From Malacoraja senta (lineage: Eukaryota): a stretch of DNA of 64,000 nt. Below, piece after piece: positions 1 through 11,479 of this stretch. Position 1 is the stretch's first letter. The number at the start of each line of letters is the position of its first letter. The notes beneath the pieces are model-generated. The model was not told the origin of the DNA, searched no databases, and worked only from the letters and a program-made list of their open reading frames with translations. The stretch spans positions 85,436,001 through 85,500,000 of the forward strand of contig CM075979.1 of the NCBI GenBank assembly GCA_038087875.1, read 5' to 3'. A program made the position numbers and the translations under genes.

Positions 1-1070
1 AACATTTTTCAATTTATAAATTATATTATAGATATTGTTATCAAATGCAAAACTGACCTGCTCTGACATTTGCTTGTCAAGTACAGTGGATTGTATTTAC
101 TACCTTATAAGATCTCTATGCATCAAGCCATTAAACACAAAACTATGGTGGAAACTGACGAATGACAAAATACATAAGAGCTTGCTGTCACAATAATATT
201 GCTAAGCTCATTGGGCAAAACATCTCGGACAACAATTTGTGCACACTTGGTTACCTTTGCTACCTTAACAAGTTGACAAACCAAATCATTGGTCATTTCT
301 TTCCATTAATAATTTACTCAAAATGCAGTAATCCCAGTGTTGGTAGGGCAGAAAATGATTGTGTTCACACGATCGCTGCATTTTTCATTAGCCTGGTGCT
401 TGGAAGCACAGCATTTAAATCAAAGAGAAGATAAACATTTGTTATAATCTTCATGCACAACCAGGGGCAATGAACTGCCTTAAGATTTTGTGAAATACCC
501 AACATTGTCAACTGACATGCGTTTCCTTTGTGTTATTACTCATTTTATCTAGATTGAATCCAAATTTTATTTTCTTTGTGTAAATTTAATCATTTTAGTT
601 TCTGTTCAAAGACAGTGAGAGATCCATGATTTTAAAAATTGTTAGTACAGACCTCTAAAGAGCTTATTCAAGTGCATTATGTCTAAATGACAAGTTTGAC
701 ATTACCTCTGGGTGACATTGTCCTTCAGCACGTGTCTTGACTTTCAATGATCTTTTAAGCTTTAAGGCCTTGTTGACGCCGAATATTTATTTTCTTTGAT
801 CTTTAAAAGAAACAAAAAAGTATGCTTTAAAATCTCACCAGTATGTAGGGACCTACAGTAAGCATCGCAAAACAAGTGTGTTCATTTGATAAAAGACACA
901 CGTGATTGAATTTCCCACGTTTCTTTGCTTCCACAAATGAACGTAGCATTCCAGGCCTAATCCAGTTACATTGCTATAATGTTTGATCATTGGCTTCTCT
1001 GACCTGCAACCTGCTCCTTTAGTTTGTTGGTCACCATCTTATTGGTTTTGGTGAATTCCATCTTCCAATG

Positions 1071-1275
1071 AAGATGGACACAAAATGCTGGAGTAACTCA
1101 GCAGGTCAGGCGGCATCTCTGGAGAGAAGGAATAGGTGATGTTTTTGGTTGAGACACTTTTTCAGACAGTTAGACCAGTCTGAAGAAGGGTCTTGATGCA
1201 AAGCATCACCTATTCCTTTTTTCCCAGAGATGCTGCCTGACCCACGGAGTTACTCCAGCATTTTGTGTCCATCCT
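1071..1275. mobile_element. Fold-back pair of Penelope-like element (PLE) terminal fragments
   Basis: ~95-bp arms in inverted orientation (GGACACAAAATGCTGGAGTAACTC... / ...GAGTTACTCCAGCATTTTGTGTCC) around a ~10-nt spacer. The right arm begins AGTCTGAAGAAGGGTC, a degenerate hammerhead-like core. The same family recurs about 10 times in the window. Confidence 0.8.
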
Positions 1276-1451
1276 TCCATTGTTTGGCTATTTCTAATAA
1301 CCTCGAGACTTAAATATATTCAGAATAAAGCCCCCTCAAATCTTTCAGCTCCATTCCAACATTGATGAATTCATACAATGCCCATTTTTTCTTAAGTGTA
1401 ATACTTTATACTTGTTTGGGATTACATTTCATCTATTATTCAACCGGCCAT

Positions 1452-1800
1452 TCACAGCGTTGCCAACATTGGGTGAGAGTTGGGAGTGAGAAATTGCGAG
1501 AGACCAAGCCCGAGGGAGCATAGCGACCGAGGGGGGGAGGGTGTGTATGGAGCTTTCGCATTTTTCAGCTTGAAATTGTGCAATCTGGTGCAAACTGTAG
1601 CGAGTCTTTTAACTTACACTTGAATGCAATATTTATGCTTTAAATTGGATTAGCTATGAATAAGGTTAGGCTAAATTACATTCCTAATCACATTCCACAG
1701 TAGAGCCAGGCTCTGATCAACAGGTGCAGCACATGAATGATCTTAGTATATTCATGTATGGAAATCAGATTATAATCAAACATTTGGCCCATGTTGACCA
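1452..1800. mobile_element. Probable end of a non-autonomous DNA transposon (hAT-like)
   Basis: Begins CAGCGTTGCCAAC, followed by GTGAGA motifs and a GCGACCGAGGGGGGGAGGG block resembling the element at 3521. No matching TIR or TSD was identified. Confidence 0.35.
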
Positions 1801-1977
1801 ACCTGGGTCTCACTGCACACCTGGTACTACTCCTGACCCTGACTCCAGTTGCATACCTTCTCTCATTCCTGACCCCGAGTCCAGCCTTACACCTGGCCCC
1901 CTATTCTATCCTGATCATAGCTGCTTACCTGCTTAGGTTCCCAGTGCTGAACACTCCCATTGTCCAGCTTTGACTGC

Positions 1978-2044
1978 GGCCCCATAGCAGAAGCGTCCAT
2001 GTCGCGGGGCTGGAAACTGGAAGTATCCTGAGCTAATTCTGCTA
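1978..2044 (+). ncRNA. HDV-like self-cleaving ribozyme (nested double pseudoknot)
   Basis: P1 GGCCCC(1978-83)/GGGGCT(2006-11) with G1.U wobble; P2 TAGCAGAA(1985-92)/TTCTGCTA(2037-44); P3 GCG(1993-95)/CGC(2003-05); L3 TCCATGT; P1.1 CC(1997-98)/GG(2012-13); short imperfect P4 (2017-2030); J4/2 GCTAA with catalytic-position C2033. Confidence 0.85.
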
Positions 2045-2167
2045 CCACCATCATCTATTGCGACAAGTGATGGCTTCCACTGATTGTCGCCGGAAGCTTG
2101 CGTCCTTTTCAGGAAGGACGATGACAGCGAGGCCAACATTTGTAACAAGCTGGACACGAAAAGAAGA
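1978..2167 (+). mobile_element. Short non-autonomous non-LTR retroposon, Vingi/Ingi-like (5' end joined to 3' end)
   Basis: Perfect 12-bp TSD AGCTTTGACTGC at 1966-1977 and 2168-2179. The 3' end is GGACACGAAAAGAAG(AAG), a (GAA)n tail. An HDV-like fold sits at the first base. Internal CGTCCTTTTCAGGA (RPFSG) resembles the recalled Vingi ORF N-terminus. Confidence 0.8.
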
Positions 2168-3520
2168 AGCTTTGACTGCACACCTTGACCATGGATGCAC
2201 ACTTGGCCTTGCTCCTAGCCCCTCTGCACTGACAATATATCTGGCCCACACGTAAAGCCCCATATCTGACCCCCTGGACTTAACCTATTGCGTTCAAGTC
2301 CACAGGTGTTTATCTAATGCGGTAATCTTTTATGGGGCACTTCACAGACCAAATTTTGCATAACAAAATTTGCTACATCCATTGGCTTCCTTGCTATCTA
2401 ACATGCTGGTTACTTTGTCAAAGAAATCATCAATTAGTTGAACACAATTTCTCATCCATAAGATTATACTCACTCAGCTGTATAAGTATTCTGTTACCAT
2501 TTCCTTCATTTTCAGGACAAACTGTCCTGAAACCATTTTCACCCCCAATATTTTCAGTATTTTGCTGTCCTCCTCTCAGCTGGGACTTTTCCAAAATGCA
2601 GTCCAAGAACTATATATTTAAGCAATATTATTCTATTAAATGTGATCTTGAGAGTACATAATATTTTCTGTGGTATTCATAACACAATGATAAAAAGATC
2701 TTTGTTTTGATTGCACCTACCACCATGCATACATTATTATATTACAGTTAATATGTACCGAGGGCAAATTTTTGTTCCAATGCTCCCCATTTCCAATTAC
2801 TTTTACATTGAAGTGATTGAAATCTAAGTGAAGTTTAAATGGCATCAGAAAAATATAACGTCCGGAATGGATGATATTCATTACGTGGTTGGTTGGAGTC
2901 AGTATCAGCACAATTATTATATTAAACTTTGAATCTTCAGATGTCCTGGTTCAAGCTAAAACTGAAGACAAATAATAACCTCCTCTCACATTCCCCTGCA
3001 AGTATCTCGGTCACTCCTTTAAAATATGCCCCTTCTTTGAACAAGCTCTTAAACATCGCATCTGAATCCGTTTCCATCTGATTACACTCCTTGAGGATGT
3101 TCATCTACGTGTTCAATTAATAAAACAATGAGATTGGGGACATTTCTATTCAACCTGTCAAAGGAATTTGGGGGGGGGGGGGGTTTAGAAATAGTCAGTG
3201 AGGTAAACAAACATAATAGTTGAATGGCAAATGACAATAGTGCTACCTTCCCAATATTTAACTGAAGGAAATAATGGGTTATCAGGGCTGTATGTTGTGA
3301 CAGACAGCCTGACACCTTGCATGTCATTTTAATATTACTCTTATCCCTTCCCCCTGGATATTCCGGATTAATAAATTAAGGTTTTGTGAACTAATTACAA
3401 ATCAGGCTAATTACAAATCAATAACATTAGCCAACTCCGAAACACGAAGCGCTGAGCATTGGGATCCAGAAAACTGGCCTCAGTTCCCCGCTCACATCTG
3501 GCAGTGTTCTCCGTCTGAAC

Positions 3521-3757
3521 CAGGGGCCGCAGAGCGCTTTTGAAAGTGGGGGGCTGAGTGATCACTGATCACTGGCCTTGGGGATACCCGGTGAGGGAGT
3601 GGAGCAACTGAGTGGGGGGAGGGGGGGGGGGGAGGTGTCCCCCCTTCCACGGTAGGGACCTTTTGAAATTTGATGAATTAAAATCCTGTTTTAGTGCATT
3701 GTAGAAGTATGATTTCCATGTTTTTTATTTGAAGTATTTTTAAGAGGTAACTTTTTA
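3521..3757. mobile_element. Fragment of a non-autonomous hAT-like DNA transposon
   Basis: Starts CAGGGGCCGCAGAG...TTTGAAAGTGGGGGG, then a G-run/CCCC block and an AT-rich body. Truncated by the CR1 fragment that follows. Confidence 0.4.
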
Positions 3758-3976
3758 AAGGGGTAACTTTTTCCACACTAAGGGTGATGGGTGTATGGAA
3801 CAAGCTGCCAGGGGAGGTAGTTGAGGCAGCGACTATCCCAACATTTAAGCAACAGTTAGACTGATACATGGATAGGACAGGTTTGGAGGGATATGGACCA
3901 AAAGCATGGGACATGTTGGCGGGTGTGGGCAAGTTGGGCTGAAGGGCCTGTTTTCACACTGTATCACTCTATGACT
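3758..3976 (+). mobile_element. CR1-clade LINE 3' fragment
   Basis: ORF2 C-terminal motif (FFHTKGDGCMEQAARG/VWNKLPGEVVEA-like in shifted frames) and 3' end GGGCTGAAGGGCCTGTTT...CTCTATGACT. Confidence 0.8.
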
Positions 3977-4045
3977 ACATTATACCTCCACCATGCAAGA
4001 ATGCTTCAAAATCAAGTGGTCGAGTTTTATTGCCATATACTCAAG

Positions 4046-4389
4046 CATAGAAACATAGAAAATAGGTGCAGGAATAGGCCATTTGGCCCTTTGAGCCAGC
4101 ACTGCCATTCAATATGATCATGGCTGTTCATCTAAAATCAGTACCTCTTTCCTGTTTTTTTCCCCATATCCCTTGATTTCGCTAGCCCCAAGAGCTAAAT
4201 GTAACTCTCACATGAAAACATCCAGTGAATTGGCCTCCACTGCCTTCTGTGCCAGAGAATTCCACAGATTCAGAACTCTCTGCGAGATGAACGTTTGTCC
4301 TCATCTCAGTTCTAACTGGCCTACCCATTATTCTTAAACTGGGACCCCTGGTTCTGAATTCCCCCAACATCAGGAACATTTTTCCTGCA
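4046..4389 (-). mobile_element. CR1-clade (HER1-like) LINE 3' fragment
   Basis: Reverse complement of the ...GATCATATTGAATGG...AAGGGCCAAATGGCCTATTCCTGCACCTATTTTCTATGTTTCTATG tail seen at 50.9, 60.1 and 63.9 kb. Confidence 0.85.
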
Positions 4390-4487
4390 GTTACAGTAAG
4401 TGAAAATCTAGCAGGCAAGCAGGATGCTTTCTCCAACCACTCCCATTTGAAGGCCACTATCTTCCACCATTTCTACTTGGTACTTAC

Positions 4488-4757
4488 TTTCAGCAGCCAC
4501 TGGTTGTCCTCCAGGATGCACCAAGCCGCAGCCTGATCCATGCTGGTCACCTGGGCGAATTCAGCACAGAGACTCTCACGGCAGCAGCGCAATGCTTCCG
4601 ACGCCTCCGACGGCCCGGGACTCTTGCACTGAGGCTGCTCCATGGCAGGAGCTGCAGCGTGCGACTCGCCAGCCGGCAAACACTTGCCAGCCCGGTAAAC
4701 ACTCGCCAGCCCCGGCTCCCCATCCGCATCTGCCCCCGCCGCTGCTTCTGCTTCCAT
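4488..4757 (-). CDS. TDP2: Isolated exon-1-like coding segment resembling the TDP2 N-terminal UBA-like domain (functional exon or captured fragment, unresolved)
   Basis: ATG at 4757 in strong Kozak context (GGGATGG). 90 open codons end ...RESLCAEFAQVTSMDQAAAWCILEDNQWLLK, followed directly by a GTAAGT donor (4487-4482, phase 0). This aligns by eye with recalled human TDP2 RRLLCVEFASVASCDAAVAQCFLAENDWEME. CpG-rich. No exon 2 seen in 1-4480. Confidence 0.6.
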
Positions 4758-4794
4758 CCCTCCGTCAGCCCCGGCTCTCGAACACCTGTGGCCC

Positions 4795-4915
4795 ATGCAG
4801 TTGATACGAGTTTTGAAATTTTCGTTGATCACAGAATTTCTCACAACAGAGCGTGAGAAATTTGTGATCAGCGTGAGAGCGTGAGAATTTGGCCAAATGC
4901 GTGATTCTCACGCTG
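4795..4915. mobile_element. Transposon-like subterminal repeat block adjoining the TDP2-like exon
   Basis: Repeated GCGTGAGA (x3) plus inverted TCTCAC copies. Resembles the GTGAGA motifs at 1473-1491. Confidence 0.35.
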
Positions 4916-7900
4916 AATGATTCATCACTTAATCATCATATTAAGCTCAATCCATACTTTCTGAACTGCCTTTTGCAATTTCATTCTCTTTAATTTTGTA
5001 TCATTATCAAAAATAATGTCATGTAGTCAGTTTTGCGTCTGGGTTAATTATGCACATTAACTATGATGGTTACAAGATTGGATCCTGTGATACATAATTG
5101 CCTCTTCCTTCATTTCGGCTAGTTTCTTACCTGTTCCCAGGGTTTATCTACTTTTCCCATGCTTTGAGTAAGACTGATACCCTTTCATATTAAGTGTTAT
5201 AAAATGTCTATTTAAGTCAAGGTGCACTAGATCTTGGGATTTCCCTTAGTTCAAGTAGACTGTCACTTCCTCAAAGTTTTTGAGCAGGTTGATCTGGCAG
5301 AATCTTCCCTGCTGGTTCTACATTGATCTCTGCTTATTAGGGTACCAGTGTCCCGATCTTTCTCCAGTTTATTCCTGACAGTTGATTCTGTACCTTTACA
5401 TGAAAAAGACCGATGGGACTGGTCTTTCCTACTTAATTATCCATTATGAAATGAGCATCATGTTCACCAGTTTACAATTTATTAACAGCTCCTTTCCAGT
5501 GGTCACTGTGTTCTCCCTAATGCTTTGTGGATCTTATTACTATGATAAATATCCTTCACCAGGAATTTATTTATTTTAAGCACCTATCTAGTAGTTCTCA
5601 CATAAAATTAAGTAATTTGGCAAAATCGTCACCTACATTAAGATACATGAAAAATAATAATGGTTTAGTTCAGCCCAGATTACATTCATAGGAAGAATAA
5701 TTAGGCACAGTTAATAACAAATACCCGATTCACTACATTGGTTTGTAAATGCTTGCCAAAGTTGAACATTTTGCTCACTGATTTTATTTCGGATATTCTT
5801 AAGGAGGGTACATGGTTCACAATCTTCATCGCTGAACTCTTGAAAAATATTCTGCATTTTGCTATTATGAACTCATTCACAATTTTTAACATTTGTGCTT
5901 TTCACTTGCTTAGTTAAACCACAACTGCCTGATACAATGTTTTACAATTAGGTTTCACCATTTGCTGCTGGTGTTAACTTTCCCTTTTCACGTGTGTGTA
6001 ACAACTTCACCCAGTAAAACCAACCTGCCATAATCACAGAATGCAATAAACTAATGGTGTGATATAGCTGCGGTCTTGCAGCGAACAATAATTCACTAAT
6101 CCTGGATGCCACCACTGTTTCTGAAAGCTGTTCCTTTTTGAGTACCAATTCAGCACAAATTTGTACAAAAATCCATAGTTGCTCTCTCCCTGTAATTCTG
6201 TACACATATCAAACACAATCATCACAGGAGTAATATCCACACAAAACGTTAGGCCAATTGAAAGAAAACAATAAAAATATATACTTAAATAAAACATTAT
6301 AACTCATTGGTGATCAAAAGTTGCTTTGGAATGAGCTGAACACTATTGTTGAATATGTGAATCAATTTTCTTGTATTAATCCCAGGTTATGGATATCTTG
6401 TTGGAGATTAAAGCATCAAGCATATGGGAAAAAGCTGTTCAAAGCAGATCACTCCTGTGCTTCCTCTGTTCATTCCAACCAAATGTACAACGTGGCATTC
6501 TCAGACTCAGTGGGCCGAAGGGCCTGTTTCCAGGCTGTATCTCTGAACGAAACTAAACTAAAAGTGGTACGGTTCCTTTATTCTTACTGTTGTAATGTTA
6601 CAATGCTTATTATGATCAATCGATACTTGCAAAGCAAGAGCCAAGATGTTACCCAGTGGTAAAGGCTAATTGCAGCAATTTATAAAGAAGAAACTTAAAA
6701 TAAAATATTTCTTGATATTCAGTACACATTCTCTGGAAAATTGATATAATTATTCTATCCATCTTAACAAAACAAATTGGATCCGTTTCTGACATTGAGA
6801 ATACAATGAGCTATAATAAATAAAGAAGGCTATCTGCTCTGGTGGCAATTCTGAACTATATCTTGCACAAATCAATATTCCCTCAACAGCTTTGAACTAG
6901 CTCTTTCCCATCACGTGAATGTAGGATATTCAGACAATGCTCTGACCCAACCAAGTAATATAAAAAATTGCTCACAACTGCATCTATTTTTCAATTCCAT
7001 TTCTGAAAATGTACAAAAAGTGTACTTTCGATTTTGAGAGGAATTATGAAATGTTTAAAAGCACATGCTACCAAAAAGGGCACTTTAGTTGACAACTATT
7101 TCTTTAAGAACTGTTTAACGGGATTTAACTAATTATTCAACAAGGTATATCATGTCTCTAAATACCCTGTGTGTGTGTGGTATTGCCTATGCAAAAGGTG
7201 CAAAGTTGTGAAAATGGCAAGTTGCACCAAACGCAGAGGATTAACAAATGATATCAATACATTCCTCTCGACCTTCCCTTTCAATGTCGCTGCTTTCTTT
7301 AAATCTGTTGGTTAATGAAATTGTACGTTTCCACCTTTCTTTCACAAAGTATTGTTATGGTGATTTTAAATATCCAAAGCAACAGTGAAAGCTCACTCTT
7401 AAACCATATGTTTTTAACAAAAGCTATAAAGTACTTGTATTTTTAGGCATAAACAGGAGAAAATTCAAGTCATAGGGAGAAAAAATATGAATCTCATAGA
7501 TGAGATTGATAGTGAATACACATGCAGATTAACACTAAAAAGGTGCAGCACTGAACCACAAAACACCAAACAAAGGCAAGAAATATTAAACACAAATAAA
7601 CAACATTTAGGTTAAAATTACTATACATAATACTTATCTAAAGCTGGAAGACAGCAATTGGCTGAGCACACAGAGTTTGTTTGTTCAGTTGTCACAAAAC
7701 TAAAGAATCCTGATCATATGATGGTCACTAGATATCGTTATAAAGGTTCCTACTTGACATTGTCCACACATTCTCTGTCATTCATGTTTCAGATATAAAT
7801 CAAGCATTCTTATTTAGTAGAACAATGGTCACAATTAAAGCCACATGGCCTAACGTCATACAACCGTACTTCAAAGCAAATAAAATAACCTTCCTTTTAC

Positions 7901-8539
7901 AACCAACGTAACTGAAGCATTAACATTAGATTTAATAATATAGTCAGATTACAAATCCTAAAAAAGATTAAATGGTCACTTGTGGCCCTTTTGATTGGGA
8001 GCATAAAGATGTCACAGAAAATGTACTCATTAAAATTAAAAAATGGCATTTTTAAAAATTCTAATAGCATAGAGTTTATTTTTAATATTGGAGTAACAAT
8101 ATCATCACCTTAATTATAAACATATTTTGCTCAACATAAGAACACTATTTAAAAAATATACATATTCACTAATATAACTATATGAAGATAATAAGTCACA
8201 TGACAATATTCAATATGGGAGAAGGAAGAGGAGGCCAGGTAATATTATACCACCAAAGTATTTGATACTTAACACAGCAAAGTATTAAAAAATCTTTATG
8301 ATCTTGCAGAATGCTTTTTGTTTAAATGTCAATTTAATTGATTTATTAATTTATATTCCAATTGATTTATTGGAATACATTTGTTTAAGAAAGAAAAATC
8401 CTATTTGTATAGAGAATTTCCTAAATGTTAGATGATAGCAAAATTATTTTATGCATAAATGTTGACGAGATTGTGCAAAATGCTCGCTGTGCCATAAGTG
8501 AAAAATAAATTGGATTAAAAACATTAAGAACTTTTAATA

Positions 8540-8676
8540 TTTAAGAAGGAACTGCAGATGCTGGAAAATCGAAGGTAGACAAAAATGCTGGAGAAACTCA
8601 GCGGGTGAGGAGGCATCTATGGAGCTCCGTAGAAGCTGCCTCACCCGCTGAGTTTCTCCAGCATTTTTGTCTACCA
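8540..8676. mobile_element. Fold-back PLE-derived short element with TSD
   Basis: Near-perfect palindrome 8574-8675 centred on GGAGCTCC. Flanking direct repeat AAGAACTTTTA(A/T)TA at 8526-8539 and 8677-8690. Confidence 0.8.
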
Positions 8677-9284
8677 AAGAACTTTTATTAAATAAGCTAT
8701 CAGTAATAAAATCATTCCATATTCATTCTAAAAGAGGGCTTAATTTATACAGATTTGCTTCTCATTGGTTGATACTAAAATTGCAATAGTTTCCAATACA
8801 AAGAATAAAACAGTAACATTACTTGAAGAACCTAGTGTGAAATGTTATTAGTAAATTATTGAGGCTCAACAATGTACCAAAGATACTAAATAGAAGGAAG
8901 TTAAAAGTAAACAAAAAAAAATCACAAGGTACTTCACAAATGGGTACAAGACTTTCGGTACCGGGAAAGAAGAATGAAAACTAGGTCAAAGCAATGGGTT
9001 AAAGGGAATACAAACGGAGACACACAGAGGGGTGGTTTTAACTGAAATTTTACATTTCACACTCCATCCAAATTTACATTTGATGATTTCAATGGAAAGT
9101 AAATTGTGGGGTGCATAGGAACAACTCATTTAATCCTGTCAGTTTTAACGTAACCGGATAGGTTAGATTAAGTTATATTCTTAGCTTCTATTATTTCCAA
9201 TATGCATTGAAAGTAAAGAACAGGTTAAAGAGTTATTAGAATATGAATCCCAATACCGAGAAATCAGCAAAGAAATGCCAACCT

Positions 9285-9810
9285 TAGGAAAATGTTGGAT
9301 CTTCTGGAAGAATGAGAGGTGATCTCAGTGAAACATATAAAATTCTCATGGGTTGGACTGGGTAGATGCAGAAATGAGACCGGGCTGGGTTGTTTAGAAC
9401 ATGTGGGTGGATGGAAGGGGCACATTCTCAAATAGGGCTCAGCCATTCAACCAGGGCTGTAAGGAAATGTCATCATTGTCATACATTCATTGGAGTAACT
9501 TAGCGGGACAGGCAGCATCTCTGAAAAGAAGGATTGGGTGACGTTTAGGGTTGAGACTGTTCTTCAGACTCATGTACTGGGTATATTCAAGTTTGACCAA
9601 TGGTTTTTGGATATTAAGTCATTCAAAGGATTTGGCATTTGGGCAGGAAGGTGGGACTGAGCTAAAAAGTCAACTAATGTATGATTTTCCTGGATAGCAA
9701 ACAAAAAGCTTTTCACTGTATCATGCCACACATGACAATAATAAACGGATACATTTCCAACTATGATCTTTTTCATTGGCAGACAGGTTTGAGGGGCAAA
9801 ATAGACATCT
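9285..9810 (+). mobile_element. Old CR1 3' remnant with nested PLE-derived short element (9491-9570) and a short Rex-type tail (9690-9745)
   Basis: Decayed CR1 motifs (GAATGAGAGGTGATCTCAGTGAAACATATAAAATTCT). The nested piece ends TTCTTCAGACT. Confidence 0.55.
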
Positions 9811-11479
9811 CCTGTTTCCAATTTTAATGTTCAAAATGGCAACTTTCACTAACACTCCTTACAGAACTAAGCATATAGTAGTTTCGGCTTCCCTAAAGTG
9901 AAGATAATGGATACTAAACTCAATTGCTCCTGAAATTGGGCACAAAAATTTAAATATGTGATTAGCTTCACACCCATTCGAGGTAATGAGGGAGCGCATT
10001 AACTTTGTATTGCCTGTTAATTATTGAGATTGCAGTGCCCGAACAGCGTAAACCATGCTATTTATTAACTAGATGCTGCGGCAGGAGGCCAATATTGCAA
10101 ACAGCCAAAAAAGTTTTTTTTTTTTAAAGCCTCACTGTTTAAACTAGCTTGAACCTGTTACAGGGAGGTGCAGTGTAACTGGTGCAGGTGCTGGCAGGCA
10201 TTTTATAACAAACAGGCAACAGGCCACAGAATAGTCTCTATAGCTCTCAAGCACCGCACTGGAATCCTAGGTGGTGCAGGTGGAAGGAAACAGCATGTCC
10301 AAAATCCGTGGGGTGCCAGGAATCCTCGACAAGCATATTGTGATGCTAAGGGGATGAGTGCTGGTCAGGCAGTGCAGGAACAGAAGAAGATTTGAATGAA
10401 AAAGACATAATGTGTTTTGATTTCATGTTCACAGTAACTGGTTTAGGTATTGACCCACAGTATTTTAGGGAAGAGGACAGAGTCATGATCAATACAGGGT
10501 GAGACACTGGGTATGACTGGTTTGCAGCAAGCAAAGGGAAAAGGATAATGCATAATCTAAGCCACTAGAGGGCAAGGTCACACCTTGCTGCGATGGACCG
10601 ATGGAAGAACACTGTACAATGGTACATTCATTGGAAAGCCTGTGTTCAGTGTAAAAGAAAATAGAAAAATCCAGCACAAACAAGATTCAAAGCTTTGCTT
10701 GGAGCTGGGACTACATCCTTCCCAACTCTGTTTGCACAATGCAGCAAAACCCATCCAGCATCTGAGTGCTACAGTTAAACTCTACCCCTGACATACAAGC
10801 TCATGGCTGGCATTGCACTTGAGCTTGCACTTCAGCTTGCGATGTTTCACAGTGGTACCACATTCTGCCTCTTCGAAGGAAAACAGCATTCAGCTCCCCA
10901 CTACTATATCTCCAAACAATGGTCTTATTGTTGTATGTCAGCCAGTTACTGGGGTCAAGGAAAGAGCGTTCATGTCACGGCCCTGTTTCCACCAATCTTT
11001 CCATCACCACGCACAAGAAGCGCAAGACGCCATTGTATGCAGATGCTGAGAAGTGTGTTCAGCTCTGGCTGAACAATTTCTAATCTTGTGATGTGGACTC
11101 GATAAGAAGAAGCCAGTTACTCCAAGTTGCTGCCACCCATGCAGTATCCAGCAAGGTCTCTTTGACAGAGTGTTCCTAAAAACCTACTGAACCCATCTGC
11201 GGTCACCTCTACTAAAAGCCATTGAGCATTCCCCAGCATTACTGTGGCCACTGAGGTAGCATTGTATTGAGAAACAAAGGTTGACAAAGGCACACACCTA
11301 AGGAATGCATAGGTGATCAACTGACTTTTGCAATGCCTAAGACACTACTTAACATAAAATTAGACAATCACACTCAGGTGAATTATTCCTGGGAGGCCAG
11401 GCAGCAAAGAACATTCTAGGTTGCCTCTTTCCTACCACTTCCTCCTCTTGATCCTGTTTACTGTTAATTTGTAGCAAGA

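Larger units (their letters stand above)
1800..2300. repeat. Degenerate C-rich tandem/low-complexity repeat, interrupted by the 1978-2167 insert
   Basis: Recurrent ACACCTGG / TCCTGACCC / TCCAG motifs on both sides of the insert. Confidence 0.4.

Noticed and set aside
1177-1210. Active hammerhead in the 1.2-kb fold-back
   Set aside because: CTGAAGA is present but the GAAAC box and helix II are decayed (GATGCAAAGCATC).
5900-6260. Possible conserved non-coding element (similarly ~47.0-47.25 kb)
   Set aside because: Unique-looking sequence, but conservation cannot be judged without alignments.
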